Origin: an uncultured virus (IMG/VR IMGVR_UViG_3300013121_000015)
Lineage: Duplodnaviria > Heunggongvirae > Uroviricota > Caudoviricetes
Length of the DNA stretch: 64,000 bases
IMG/VR virus record: IMGVR_UViG_3300013121_000015
Location: 62,001 to 126,000 of that record
Strand: one strand, 5' to 3'
Shown here: positions 26,605 to 37,031 of the stretch, piece by piece
Position numbering within the stretch: position 1 is the first letter of the stretch
Layout: each line of letters begins with the position of its first letter
The notes under the pieces: model-generated
Databases searched by the model: none
The model's input: the letters and a program-made list of their open reading frames with translations, nothing else
Told to the model about the DNA's origin: nothing
Made by a program: the position numbers and the translations under genes

Positions 26605-29598
26605 ATGACCGCCCAGCAGCACAAGCCCGATGCCGTCATTCTCCGCGACTATCAGGAGGACGCCGTCTCCGACTTCATCGAGTGGATCCGCGCTGGCGAG
26701 CGCTTGATCGGGCTCGTGATGCCCACGGGAGCCGGGAAGACGGTGACGGTGGCGGCGCTGATCCGTCGGGCCCGTGGCCTGTTCCGGGGTGCGCTCATCG
26801 GGGCGCCGACCATGACCACGGAGAGCGGGTTCATGGAGCAACTGGGCGAGGAGGGGTCGTGTGCGCGTGAGGCGGGCGCCAGCGCCTCGGACTGCCGCGC
26901 GTACCTGACCACCCCGGACCGGTTGGCGTGGGTGACAACGCACGCGCAGTTGACGACGTGGAAGAACGCCTGCCTTCCAGATGACCTGTCCGGGCGGCTG
27001 CTGGTACTGGACGAGGCGCACCACGCGGGAACGACCAAGGCCGACGACGTCTTGAACACGGAGATCGGTAACTTCCGCGAGGTGTGGCACAAGCGCGGCG
27101 GGACCGTGCTCCTGGTGACGGCCACGCCGTTCCGGTCCAACAGCAGGGGCAAGCGCCGGCTCGACGTGTTCTCCCAGGGCGCGCGCATCCATACCCTGCC
27201 CATGGCGGTGTACGCGGCGTCTGGCCGGTGGGCTCCGAACACCTTCCAGTTCGAGACTGTGCGCCTCGCCATGCGGGCGACCACGGCCGAGGAGCTCGAA
27301 GGCGCGGCGCTGCCCGTCGCCGAGGGATCGGCCGGCTCGTCGCACCAGGAGATGATCGACCTCTGGGAGCGCCACGGACGGCCCAAGGCGGTCTTCATCG
27401 TGCCGCCCAAGAACTCGAAGCGCTGGGCCGCGCGACTGGAGCGGGCCTTTCCCGCTGGCGTGCGCGTGCTGAACGTCGTCGGGGAAGGCGAAGACATCAA
27501 GTCCAGGCTGGACGAGGCCATGCTGTCCGAGCGCAAGGTGAAGCGGTTCCAGGACTCGCGCTTCGACGTGATCCTGGCCGCCAAGCGCTTCGACGAGGGG
27601 ACGGATTGGCCCCTCTGCTCGCACGTCTACAACCTCGGGATCCCGGGCTCGCTGGGCTTGATCCTCCAGCGGTTCGGCCGCGCGATGCGGAAGAAGATCG
27701 AGGGACACCCACACGCTGACGTGGCGTCCATGACCTTCCTGGTGCCCGGCGTGACCTCCGAAGTGCTGGACGACTTCGAGGCGAAGCACCGCCGGATGGT
27801 CACGGAGATCGCCTGCCTCCAGGTGGACTGGAAGTACGGGCTGTCGGCGGTGGGCGCCAAGTTGGCGGCTTCCTGGTCGCGCCAGGAGAAGCGCGCCAGG
27901 GCTCGGGGCGATGCCCAGGAGACGACGCACGGCCCGGTTCCTGACCACCTGCTCATGGAGGCGAAGGTCATCCTGACGGACTGGAGCGCCGTCCACGAAG
28001 CGCGTACCGGCGCGCTGCCGACGTTCGCGGAGCTGACCCGGTACGCCCGCGAGATGGCGAAGACCCGCCCGGAGCTGTCGAAGGCGTTGCAGCAGGCGGC
28101 GCTGGAGATGGTCGCTGTGGAGCCCGACGCCCGGGACATCATCGTGGCGAAGCTGGACGAAGGGCTGGACCGGAACGCGCTATTCGAGGCCATGAGCGCG
28201 GCGCTGGCCGACAAGACCGTCGGGTACGCCGACGCGGTCTTCGGGATGCGGTCGCGCATGACGGGCGAGGAGATCGCCAGGGTCAAGGAGTGCCTATCTG
28301 ACAAGAAACCAAATCTTACAGAGAGTGGGATTGTCAAGGCGGCAATACATTGCCGTGATAGGACGGGAGATCTTCCCACCCATCTTACCGAAGGAGCCTC
28401 ACTGGACTTTGGATTTCAGGAGGAATGGCACAATGTCGTGGCCGCAATAGCGAACGGTCACAGAGGCATGCCTGGAAATGACACTCTGACACGACTCCTG
28501 CGGCGTAACGGACTGCTGAGATCCAGATATCGTCAGGCTTCAGAAGTTCTGTCCGAATCGAAGGTTGAGGCGGCGGCGGTAGCGTTCAATGCAGATCCAT
28601 ACAACAAAGGGCGATGGCCTCATGAAGGAAGTGGAGATGCATCTAAATACTTTGGACACCACGAGACATGGGATGCAGTAGATCGGGCATTCGTACGTGG
28701 AACACGTGGCCTGCCTCCTGGAAACAGAACGCTTGCCGATTTTCTGTCTGAACGCGGATTGCTCGTGCACAAGCACAAGCGTCCTAAGCTCAGCGACGAG
28801 CTGATCATATCTGCATGCTATCAGTTTCACCGCGACGAGAACAGGTGGCCGCAGCCGTCAGATGGAGACGCCACGAAATACTTCGGATTCACCATCACGT
28901 GGCACGCCGTGTTTCAGGCCGCCTCTCAGAACCTACGCGGTCTTACAGGAGGCGTCACGGTCCAGCAGCGGCTGATTAACCACGGGCTAATAGCCACAGG
29001 CCAACGCTGCAACAGGAAGCCACCAATGAATCCGGTTGAACTCCTTGTGGCGTTGATTGGATTCAGAAACGATACTGGACGGTTTCCAATCTCGTCGATG
29101 GGAGACGCGAGCGACTACTTTGTCAGACCGGAAGTGTGGCGCGATCTCAACACGGTCATGTACAAGGGCTGTAGGGGATTTCGGCCGAAGTCTTCAATCC
29201 TACAGTTTGTGAAAGACCACTTCACCCCCGACGGTGATCTACTCCCAGGCATCCCCGAACGCTACGGGCTCACCCGCGAGCGTCTGCTGAGCTTGACCAA
29301 GGACGACTTCAACCCCGACGGGACTCTCAAGGACACGGCTGGGCAGGCCCTCGGCGCTGAATCCGCGCCCGAGACGGCCCCGATCCTGGTCGAGACCGTC
29401 CGGCCCGCCCCCACCCGCAAGCCCCGCGCGCCCCGCAAGGCGAAGCCCGCCCCCGTGCCCGCCGAGGCCCCTCCGGTCGCGCCCCAGCCCGACCCGACGC
29501 CCCGGACCTGTCCGCCCGTGACCCAGCCCCTAGGCGACGGGAAGCGCCCCGTGGGCAAGCTGGGCCGGTGGATGGAGCGGAGCAGGGCCGAGGGGTGA
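26605..29598 (+). CDS. DEAD/DEAH (ResIII-like) helicase with four C-terminal ~75-aa repeats
   Basis: LRDYQ, MPTGAGKT, LDEAHH, TATPFR, FDEGTDWP, QRFGRAMR; repeats W..V....G.RG(L/M)P. Confidence 0.85.
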   Translation: MTAQQHKPDAVILRDYQEDAVSDFIEWIRAGERLIGLVMPTGAGKTVTVAALIRRARGLFRGALIGAPTMTTESGFMEQLGEEGSCAREAGASASDCRAYLTTPDRLAWVTTHAQLTTWKNACLPDDLSGRLLVLDEAHHAGTTKADDVLNTEIGNFREVWHKRGGTVLLVTATPFRSNSRGKRRLDVFSQGARIHTLPMAVYAASGRWAPNTFQFETVRLAMRATTAEELEGAALPVAEGSAGSSHQEMIDLWERHGRPKAVFIVPPKNSKRWAARLERAFPAGVRVLNVVGEGEDIKSRLDEAMLSERKVKRFQDSRFDVILAAKRFDEGTDWPLCSHVYNLGIPGSLGLILQRFGRAMRKKIEGHPHADVASMTFLVPGVTSEVLDDFEAKHRRMVTEIACLQVDWKYGLSAVGAKLAASWSRQEKRARARGDAQETTHGPVPDHLLMEAKVILTDWSAVHEARTGALPTFAELTRYAREMAKTRPELSKALQQAALEMVAVEPDARDIIVAKLDEGLDRNALFEAMSAALADKTVGYADAVFGMRSRMTGEEIARVKECLSDKKPNLTESGIVKAAIHCRDRTGDLPTHLTEGASLDFGFQEEWHNVVAAIANGHRGMPGNDTLTRLLRRNGLLRSRYRQASEVLSESKVEAAAVAFNADPYNKGRWPHEGSGDASKYFGHHETWDAVDRAFVRGTRGLPPGNRTLADFLSERGLLVHKHKRPKLSDELIISACYQFHRDENRWPQPSDGDATKYFGFTITWHAVFQAASQNLRGLTGGVTVQQRLINHGLIATGQRCNRKPPMNPVELLVALIGFRNDTGRFPISSMGDASDYFVRPEVWRDLNTVMYKGCRGFRPKSSILQFVKDHFTPDGDLLPGIPERYGLTRERLLSLTKDDFNPDGTLKDTAGQALGAESAPETAPILVETVRPAPTRKPRAPRKAKPAPVPAEAPPVAPQPDPTPRTCPPVTQPLGDGKRPVGKLGRWMERSRAEG

Positions 29599-29642
29599 GC
29601 GCGGGTGGACGGGGCTACCTCCCGCGCCTGGAGGCCATAACC

Positions 29643-30137
29643 ATGGACCACGTGCCCAACCCCGAACCCACGTCCCCGCTGTGCATCCCTGCGCTGGTCG
29701 CGTACATCGAGCGCGACATCACCGCGATGGAGGTCGAGATCCAGAAACTCGAAGCGCGGCTGGAGGCGAAGAAGATCAAGCTCAACGAGGCGCGGGCGCT
29801 CCTGGTGAGCTGGTCTGGGTCCACCAACGGGGACGGCCTGTCCGTCGAGCAACTGGCGCTCCAGAAGAAGGTCCTCGACCTGCTCTGCTCCGCTCCCGGT
29901 CGGGAGTGGTCCGTGCGGCAGGTCACGAAGTTGTTCAAGGCCATGCGAGCGAACCCGAGGGACGTGCGAGTCTGCCTCCAGGACCTTTGCCGGCAAGGGA
30001 CGGTCACGCGCAAGAAGCTGGAGTCTGGGCACGTCTGGTACACCTTCCCGGCAAGCGCAGACCCGTCTGAGACGGGTTCTCGTCAGGATGAGTCGCGCCC
30101 ACCGATGATTCGCTCCAAGCGGGCGGAGTCGTTCTGA
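29643..30137 (+). CDS. Coiled-coil plus winged-HTH-like protein
   Basis: Motif plus SD; WSVRQV..VRVCLQDLCRQGTV. Confidence 0.55.
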   Translation: MDHVPNPEPTSPLCIPALVAYIERDITAMEVEIQKLEARLEAKKIKLNEARALLVSWSGSTNGDGLSVEQLALQKKVLDLLCSAPGREWSVRQVTKLFKAMRANPRDVRVCLQDLCRQGTVTRKKLESGHVWYTFPASADPSETGSRQDESRPPMIRSKRAESF

Positions 30138-30180
30138 TCTGGAGGCTACCTCCACATGCAACCACAGCCTGGAGATCACG

Positions 30181-30717
30181 ATGGACAAGGACTATGAGTC
30201 GATGAGCGAAGAGGAGAAGTCGGTCCTCACGGCGGAGGTACAGCATCATGTGAAAGTGCTAAGGAACGAGGATGAGAGCTTCACTCAGGACGAGCGACGA
30301 GTGAGCGCACGCCGCGTGCTCGACCTGAACCAGCCTCGTATCAAGTCTGCTCAACGTGGGGCGGCCGAGGCGAACGTCGGCAACGAAGCGAAGTACGATA
30401 CGCTCTGGGAGGACTACAACACGCTCGGGAGTGGGCTCACCATGCCCCTCGTCGCCGTGGCCCCGCTGATCGACGACGTGAGGTTCCTGATCCGGGAGTG
30501 GGACGCGCTGCCCACCATGACCGCCGAGGACCGGCAGAGACGGCTGGAGCAGCTCGTGACCACCTACAACGCCGCTGCCGCTGGCGTGGGCCGGAAGCCG
30601 AGCGACGTGAAGATCATCCAGAGCGAGGACGCGCAGAAGGGGATCCTGATCGGGCTCGGGTGCGAGATCGTGCGCGAGCGCAACGAGGCCGACAAGGCGA
30701 CCACGCTCGCTACCTGA
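30181..30717 (+). CDS. Hypothetical protein
   Basis: GGAG SD. Confidence 0.65.
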   Translation: MDKDYESMSEEEKSVLTAEVQHHVKVLRNEDESFTQDERRVSARRVLDLNQPRIKSAQRGAAEANVGNEAKYDTLWEDYNTLGSGLTMPLVAVAPLIDDVRFLIREWDALPTMTAEDRQRRLEQLVTTYNAAAAGVGRKPSDVKIIQSEDAQKGILIGLGCEIVRERNEADKATTLAT

Positions 30718-30734
30718 CCCTTCCCCTTCGACCT

Positions 30735-30776
30735 GGCCGGGACCGTGGCGACGCGGCTCCCGGCCTTCGCGCTTCT
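30735..30776 (+). terminator. Hairpin plus TTCGCGCTTCT tail
   Basis: GGCCGGGA/TCCCGGCC stem directly upstream of motif 30799. Confidence 0.5.
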
Positions 30777-30828
30777 ACGGTTGAGGCGCAACCGACGGGG
30801 CTACCTCCCAGGCTGGAGGTTCTTCCCC

Positions 30829-31524
30829 ATGCCCACCGTGCCCCACCCCTTCGCGCGTCCCTACCCAACCTACCTGGACGGGCGCTGGTTCCGCTGCGGA
30901 CGCAGTACGCTCCTGGCGTCTGACCTCGTGCAGCACGTCGTCTACCGCGAGGAGGAGGCCCCGGAAGCTCCGCACCCGTCCGAGCGCGAGGTGGCCGAAC
31001 TCCTGGGCCGCTACGATGGCGAGTTCAACTGGCGACGACTCCTCCACTACGACTTCGCCCACCCCTTCGGGATGTCGGAGGTCTACCGGACGTCGGACGA
31101 TCAGGGCGTCCTGGTCGGAGTCACCTGGGGTCGCGCGCTGTCCAAGTGCGACCGGCTGACCCTGTCCACGGACGGGCGCGTCGTGCTGGGCTGGTTCGAG
31201 CGCGCGGGCAAGGTGCGGCTCGTCGCGGTGGTCGCGCTGGACGTACTGCCCATGGTCCACGGCTGGGTGCGCACGGAGGACGACGCCGTGAGTGCGACCC
31301 GACGCCGGGCGAAGGAGACGCGCCCCAGCCCGCGTCACCGGCTCCAGGTGCGGGACCTGCTGGACCACCCCTGGGAGCCCGGGGTGTCCGCCGTACAGCT
31401 CGGGTGGACGCTCCTGGACCCGGAGAGCGGGGTCACGTTCTACGAGGACGCGGGACCGGGCGCCTGGCCGTTCCGGGAGCCCGTCGTGTCCATGGGCGAC
31501 CTGCGCGCGGCGAAGCTGGTCTGA
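30829..31524 (+). CDS. Hypothetical protein
   Basis: Motif plus GGAGGT SD. Confidence 0.65.
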   Translation: MPTVPHPFARPYPTYLDGRWFRCGRSTLLASDLVQHVVYREEEAPEAPHPSEREVAELLGRYDGEFNWRRLLHYDFAHPFGMSEVYRTSDDQGVLVGVTWGRALSKCDRLTLSTDGRVVLGWFERAGKVRLVAVVALDVLPMVHGWVRTEDDAVSATRRRAKETRPSPRHRLQVRDLLDHPWEPGVSAVQLGWTLLDPESGVTFYEDAGPGAWPFREPVVSMGDLRAAKLV

Positions 31525-31629
31525 ACGTCGAGGCTACCTCCCTACGCGCGCGCCTTCGCCAGATCGCTGGTCGTGTGGTGCATCCGGGACTGAGCGAGGG
31601 CGCGCACTTCTTCTGCCTGCGAGGTTCCG

Positions 31630-32022
31630 ATGACCGCCCGTACCATCCAGTACCTCAACCACCCCGACTACATCGCCGGACGCGCGGCCGAGCAGGCGGG
31701 CGAGCCCTGGAAGCGGTGGCAGACCGCCCCGTGGCGCGCGGGCTGGGGACGGGCCCGGTCGGAGCGCCGGGAGCGCGAGTTCCAGGCCCACGAAGCTGCC
31801 CTGGACAGCGCCGACGGGTGCCAGGACCCGGCGTGTCCGTGGCCGTCGTGCGCGCGGGCTGAGCCGAGCCAGACCGACGCCGAGGCGTACCTGGACCGCG
31901 AGACGTTCGCGTCGCTCGTCTCGGACGGGCGGGCGCTCCGTCACCAGTTCGACGCGACCACCCGCGGCATGAAGGTGCTGTCGGCCGACGACCTCGGGCG
32001 CACGTCCAGGGCCGCCCCATGA
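31630..32022 (+). CDS. Hypothetical protein
   Basis: GAGGT SD. Confidence 0.6.
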   Translation: MTARTIQYLNHPDYIAGRAAEQAGEPWKRWQTAPWRAGWGRARSERREREFQAHEAALDSADGCQDPACPWPSCARAEPSQTDAEAYLDRETFASLVSDGRALRHQFDATTRGMKVLSADDLGRTSRAAP

Positions 32023-32933
32023 CCACCGTCGATCAGCTCTTCCCATGGCCCGGCTCCAAGCGCGCCCGCGCCTCGCAACTCGCCGGGTACTTCGGCGACG
32101 ACGCCCGCCCGGTGTACTGCGAGCCCTTCCTGGGCTCCGCCAGCGTCTACGGCTGCGGGCTCCACGCGCGGTACGGGATGGCGGTCCTGGGCGACGCCAC
32201 GCCTCGGCTGGTCCCGACCTACCGGGCGCTCCGGCAAGACGCGTCCGAGGTGGCGCGGGCGCTCGCGCTGCTACCCAGGTCCGTGCCTGAGGGGCGGGAC
32301 CGGGCGACGTCCCTCGGACTGGCGGCGGACACCGACGACAAGCGGAACGGGCGGTACGCGGACCCGTGGAAGGCGTACTTCTACCACCACCGGACCCAGC
32401 TCAACGCCTGGACGCCCACCCCGGGCGAGGTCGCGACCCCCGAGCACGCCGCTGCGGTGATCTGGCACCGGTGCGCCGCCTTCAACGGGATCATGCGGTG
32501 CGGGCCCAACGGCGACAACGCGACCGCCGGGGACCGGGTGAACCTGCCCAGCCCGCGCGCACTGGCGGACTTCGGGGCGATGCTGCGGGGCGCGCTGCTG
32601 GCCGAGGGCGACTTCCGGGCGACGATCCGCGCCGCGCTGGCGCTCGGACCCGTGGACCTGATGCTGGACCCGCCCTACGCCGGGGACTTCTCGCAGTACA
32701 CGCCCGCCGGGTTCGGGGTGCAGGACCGGGCCGACCTGGCCGTGCTGGCGCGCGCGACCTGGACCGCCGGTGGCCGCGTGGTCGTCACCGAAGCGGACCA
32801 CCCGGACGCGTGGACGTGGCTCCAGGACGCCGGGCTACACGTCCGCGAGGCCACGGGGCGCACGTCGATCTCTCGGTCGGGCGCGCAGCGCGGCGCCAAG
32901 CGCGAACTGGTGGCCCGCTCCTGGCCCTGGTGA
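32019..32933 (+). CDS. Dam-like (D12 class) DNA adenine methyltransferase
   Basis: FPWPGSK, YCEPFLGSASV, AFNGIMR, LDPPY..FSQY..GF. Confidence 0.88.
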   Translation: MTTVDQLFPWPGSKRARASQLAGYFGDDARPVYCEPFLGSASVYGCGLHARYGMAVLGDATPRLVPTYRALRQDASEVARALALLPRSVPEGRDRATSLGLAADTDDKRNGRYADPWKAYFYHHRTQLNAWTPTPGEVATPEHAAAVIWHRCAAFNGIMRCGPNGDNATAGDRVNLPSPRALADFGAMLRGALLAEGDFRATIRAALALGPVDLMLDPPYAGDFSQYTPAGFGVQDRADLAVLARATWTAGGRVVVTEADHPDAWTWLQDAGLHVREATGRTSISRSGAQRGAKRELVARSWPW

Positions 32934-32947
32934 CGCGTTAGACCGAC

Positions 32948-33015
32948 CCCAGCTCATCCACCACGCGTGGAAGGAGTCGCGAGGCCGCCCGCTGGGGCGG
33001 TCTCCGCGCTTCTGG
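32948..33015 (+). repeat. ~68-bp dispersed repeat with terminator-like hairpin, copy 1
   Basis: CCCAGCTCATCCACCACGCGTGGAAGGAGTC..GAGGCCGCCC....GGGCGGTCT; second copy at 61088. Confidence 0.85.
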
Positions 33016-33195
33016 GTACGTGGCCCGCGCGCCACTTTTTCTTTGGCCGTCAGGGTGACAGACGTCGGTCGACGGATCTGCCACTGTCGGACACGTAGGA
33101 CCGCCGGCTTTTTCGCGGCACGCCCCTTGCGGAAAGCTGATCTTGGGGGAGGTCGGCTCGCGATCATGGGGGCTACCTCCACCCAGGAGGTGTGC

Positions 33196-33540
33196 ATGAT
33201 GACGTTGACGGTACCGGCATTCGACGGCGTGAAGCAGGTCGCGAAGCGGATCATCCCGATGATCGAACAGGAGTGGGCGTTGTGCGCCAAGGACGGGCGC
33301 ACGTCGATGCTGTTCGAACCCTGGACCTACAAGGGCGTGTCGGAGCTCTTGTTCCGCTCCAGTAGCTGGGAGAAGTTCAGGGACCCGGCCGAATGGTTGA
33401 TCACGCCGGAAGAACTGCTGATCGCGCTCCGGGCGGAGCTCCCCGACCGCTACATCCTGGAGCTCGTGCCCTACGCCGACGGTGCGGTCCGGCACTGCTA
33501 CCGTCTGTCCTACGTCGGCAAGATCGGAGGTGCGGCGTGA
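33196..33540 (+). CDS. Hypothetical protein
   Basis: Motif plus AGGAGGT SD. Confidence 0.65.
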   Translation: MMTLTVPAFDGVKQVAKRIIPMIEQEWALCAKDGRTSMLFEPWTYKGVSELLFRSSSWEKFRDPAEWLITPEELLIALRAELPDRYILELVPYADGAVRHCYRLSYVGKIGGAA

Positions 33541-33758
33541 CCAGCCCGGACCTCCAGCACGAGTCGCGCGGGGACTTCGCGCAGTCCATCCGTGCCCTGA
33601 CCCAGCTCACCGACGCCGAGGTCTGTACCTGCGCAGCGCCGGACCGGGAGCAGGACGGGCTGATCGTGGCGTGCCTGCGCTGCCACAAGATCGCCCGGCC
33701 GGAGACGCTGGGGCTGCTGCGCCTGGGGTACCGGCTGGCGCCCGAGGGCGAGGCGTAG
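33537..33758 (+). CDS. Small Cys-containing hypothetical protein
   Basis: GGAGG SD, GTGA overlap. Confidence 0.5.
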   Translation: MTSPDLQHESRGDFAQSIRALTQLTDAEVCTCAAPDREQDGLIVACLRCHKIARPETLGLLRLGYRLAPEGEA

Positions 33759-34069
33759 GGGCTACCTCTCGCAGAACACCACCAGGGAGGAGGTGCAGCC
33801 CTCCAGTCGCGGAGGGACACGGGGGAGATGGTTCTCTTGCCGAGCTGTCCGGTTCCTCACCCGCCCCGTGGCCGCCCAGCGCGGTTAGCATCGGCTGAGG
33901 TGACAGCGCCCCTCCACATGGACCTCGCAGGGGCTGAGGGCTCTCGGGTGCGACCGGCAAGAGCCCAACGAGGTCCATCCTTTCTACCACGCGCCCCCGG
34001 CTGCTCCAGGTGAGCACGTCCGGGGGCGCGGTCGTTGTGGGGGCTACCTCACAACCCGGAGGTGTCCCG

Positions 34070-34708
34070 ATGTCCGATCCCGCCCAGCCCGTCACCCTGT
34101 CCATGTTCTGGCCCCTGCTCCTGTTCGCGAGCCAGGGCAGTAGCAGGAACGTCGCCGCCGCGATGGATGCGGTCTGGCAGCGCCGGGGCGGGACGCACGC
34201 TGACCTGACCTCTGACGAGGTGGCCGAGGAACTGGCCCGGACGCACTTCCCCAGCGGGACCACGCTCCGGAACGTGGGCTGGTACATCGTGCGCGACCAG
34301 GACGGCCACGACGCCGGCTGGGCCACGGACTGCGACGTCTACGAGACCTTCCTGGAGCTGACGGCGGGTCTGGGGCAGTCTGGCCCCCTGTCCCCGACCG
34401 ACCCGATCCACGTCGCGCAGGTGGCGCGGGTCCTGGCCCTGTCGCTCCGGGTCACGGTCCACGTCGAGGGGCCGACGGTAAAGGTCGAGGCCGGGGACTG
34501 CACGCGCGACGGCGTCAAGGAGTACGGCGTCTGGGTCAGGATCTGTCGGATGCGCTCGACCGACGGCCCCGTATCCGCCGGCATGTTCTTCCCGGGCGTG
34601 GCCGTCATAGATGCAGACGTCGGCGCGCTCCTGTTCCGCTGGCTCGTGGACCGGCACGCCGAGGTGGTCCAGGCCCTGGAGGCGACGGAGACGGACCCGG
34701 AGGGCTGA
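34070..34708 (+). CDS. Hypothetical protein
   Basis: Motif plus SD. Confidence 0.65.
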   Translation: MSDPAQPVTLSMFWPLLLFASQGSSRNVAAAMDAVWQRRGGTHADLTSDEVAEELARTHFPSGTTLRNVGWYIVRDQDGHDAGWATDCDVYETFLELTAGLGQSGPLSPTDPIHVAQVARVLALSLRVTVHVEGPTVKVEAGDCTRDGVKEYGVWVRICRMRSTDGPVSAGMFFPGVAVIDADVGALLFRWLVDRHAEVVQALEATETDPEG

Positions 34709-34815
34709 GTTCGCCCACGCCGGGATCCGCGCCCCGACCCCCCTGGACTGGCCCTGACGGCTGACTCCGGGGGGTTCGTGCTTCCGGGGCTACCTGTCCG
34801 GAGGAGGTGTTCCCC

Positions 34816-35475
34816 ATGTCCAGTTCCACCCCGCTCCTGAACCCCGCCGAGGTGATCGGTCGCCGCTGGGTGATCGACGTGCCCGTGCCCAAGCCCCACA
34901 AGCGGTACCTGCACGTCGTCAGCGGGCCGACGTGGATGCACAACTCCTGGTGCTACTGGCTCTCCGGGAGCAACGACGGCGCCGGGCCCTTCATCCCGGA
35001 AGCCACGCTCCAGCGCGCCATGGCTGAGGGCGTGGAGATCCCGCCCGGCACGGACCCGCTGGACTACACCTGCCGGGAGTGCGGGGAGGTCTCCCACCCC
35101 AGCTACGCCTACAACGACCAGATCGGCGCGGTGTTGCGCGAGCGTGGGCTGTGCTACTTGGACGACTTCTGGGCCAAGGCTCACGCCGACTACCTGGCCG
35201 GCAAGCGGCTGGTTGTGGGCGGGCAGAGCTACACCATCGCGCCCGAGCGCGCGTCCGACCCCGCGAGCTGCAAGGGCCACGGCGGGCGCCGCTTCCGCAT
35301 CCAGTACCCGGACGGCCGCGTGGTCGAGTCCACGAACGTCTGGAGCCAGGGCCCGATCCCGGAGCGGTGGCGCGCCCGCATGGCGGACACGGCCGTCTTC
35401 CTCCCGGACGAGCCCTCGGCGGGGAAGGAGTTCCGGTACGCCGGATTCGAGCGGTGGGAGATGAGGCGCGGGTGA
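34816..35475 (+). CDS. Hypothetical phage protein
   Basis: Motif plus SD; KGHGGRRFRI..DGRVVESTNVWSQG.IP. Confidence 0.65.
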   Translation: MSSSTPLLNPAEVIGRRWVIDVPVPKPHKRYLHVVSGPTWMHNSWCYWLSGSNDGAGPFIPEATLQRAMAEGVEIPPGTDPLDYTCRECGEVSHPSYAYNDQIGAVLRERGLCYLDDFWAKAHADYLAGKRLVVGGQSYTIAPERASDPASCKGHGGRRFRIQYPDGRVVESTNVWSQGPIPERWRARMADTAVFLPDEPSAGKEFRYAGFERWEMRRG

Positions 35476-35507
35476 GGGCTACCTCCCCAGACAAGTAGGA
35501 GATCCCC

Positions 35508-36215
35508 ATGCGACCGCATGCCGTCGTCACCGCCCAGGGCCCGCGCCCGTCGCACCAGGACCGAGCCTGGACGGACGGCGCCACCCGCCTGATCGTCGCC
35601 GACGGGATGGGCGGACACGAGTCCGGGGAGGTCGCGGCCCAGACCGCCCTTGACTACGCGCAGCGGGCGACCTTCGCGGAGATCCGGGACGGGGTCGTGA
35701 CGGCGGTGGAGGTCGCGGCGGGACGCAACGCGGGCACGACGCTGTCCGTGGCGATGCTGGACCGGCGCGAGCTGTCCTGGCTCCACGCCGGAGACAGCGC
35801 GCTCTGGCTCGTGACCGGGAAGGGACGGACCGCGCAGATCCGGCGCCTCACGGCGGACCAGTCCAGGTGGGGGAACGAGCGCGCGCGGGAACCAGACAGC
35901 CCGAAGCGCCCGTCCCGCGAGTGCAAGTCCATCCTGGTCTCGTGCGTCATGGCGCCGTCCTTCCGCCACGGCATCGGTCCCGTCACCTGGGACACCGGCT
36001 CTGTCACCCTTCCCGCCGGTAACGCGTGGCTGTTCGGGACCACCGACGGCTTCCACGAGGCGTTCGAGGACGAGTCTGGGGACGTGGACCACGCGCGCCT
36101 GCTGGCGGGTCTGCGGGACGTCGTGCGGTGCTCCGTGGCGCACGCCCAGGTCTACGTGGATGGATGCGCCCAGCAGACGCACGACAACGCGACCGTCGCG
36201 TGGTGGAGGCTGTAG
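35508..36215 (+). CDS. PP2C-family Ser/Thr protein phosphatase
   Basis: GPRPSHQD, IVADGMGGHESGEVAA, GTTL, HAGDS, TTDGF, HDNAT. Confidence 0.9.
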   Translation: MRPHAVVTAQGPRPSHQDRAWTDGATRLIVADGMGGHESGEVAAQTALDYAQRATFAEIRDGVVTAVEVAAGRNAGTTLSVAMLDRRELSWLHAGDSALWLVTGKGRTAQIRRLTADQSRWGNERAREPDSPKRPSRECKSILVSCVMAPSFRHGIGPVTWDTGSVTLPAGNAWLFGTTDGFHEAFEDESGDVDHARLLAGLRDVVRCSVAHAQVYVDGCAQQTHDNATVAWWRL

Positions 36216-36246
36216 GCGGGGCTACCTCCCGTCCAGGAGGTACCCC

Positions 36247-36477
36247 ATGCCCTTCCGGTCCATCTCGACCGCCCTGCGAGCCCGTGAAGCTGAGATCGCG
36301 CGCCTGGACCTGTACCTGACGGACCACGCGCACCGGTCGGTCGTCTACCGACTGACGACCTGGCCGGTTGCGTGGTGGGTGCGGCGTCGGCGCGGGCGGC
36401 TGGAGCTTGAGGTGTCCGCGCTGATCCGCCGGCAGGTACGGCGCGGGCGGCTGGAGCTGGACCGGAGGGGGCGCTGA
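36247..36477 (+). CDS. Hypothetical protein
   Basis: Motif plus SD. Confidence 0.55.
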   Translation: MPFRSISTALRAREAEIARLDLYLTDHAHRSVVYRLTTWPVAWWVRRRRGRLELEVSALIRRQVRRGRLELDRRGR

Positions 36478-36479
36478 CT

Positions 36480-36986
36480 ATGCTCCAGGCCACGCTCTTC
36501 CCCGCCCCAACCTCAGACCGGCCCGTCCTTCACCTACGCTCCTGGGCGTCCGTGAACGGGCAGACCCGGCGCGGTGAGCCGCTGTCGGGCCACGCCTACA
36601 CGATCATGGCGCTACCCCGGGCGGCGTTCGGCGAGCTCGGCCAGGGTCGCGTGGACGTGCTCACGCCCCAGGGCGCCGAGGTAGGCATGATGCGGGAGCT
36701 GGTCAGCACGCGCAGGATGGGGACGGGACCTGACCCGGACCTGCTGGCCCGGTACAGGACCGCCCTGGAGGCCCGCTGGGCCAGCCTGGACCTGTCCCCC
36801 GCTGGGCTCCTGGTCCACCACGCCGCGGGGCTGGGCAGGGTCCAGCCTGGGTCTGTGCTGTGCTGCGCGTGCTCGGCCGCCAACGCGCTGCGGGGCGAGT
36901 GCCACCGGGCATGGGCTGCCCCGGTCCTGGCCCGGTCCGGCTGGTCCGTGTGGCTGGACGGGACGGAGGTTGTCACCGGCGGGTGA
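36480..36986 (+). CDS. DUF488-like hypothetical protein
   Basis: VLCC......CHR motif. Confidence 0.5.
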   Translation: MLQATLFPAPTSDRPVLHLRSWASVNGQTRRGEPLSGHAYTIMALPRAAFGELGQGRVDVLTPQGAEVGMMRELVSTRRMGTGPDPDLLARYRTALEARWASLDLSPAGLLVHHAAGLGRVQPGSVLCCACSAANALRGECHRAWAAPVLARSGWSVWLDGTEVVTGG

Positions 36987-37031
36987 TGAAGGCTACCTAC
37001 AGCCGGTAGGTCCACCATATAGGAGTAGAGC

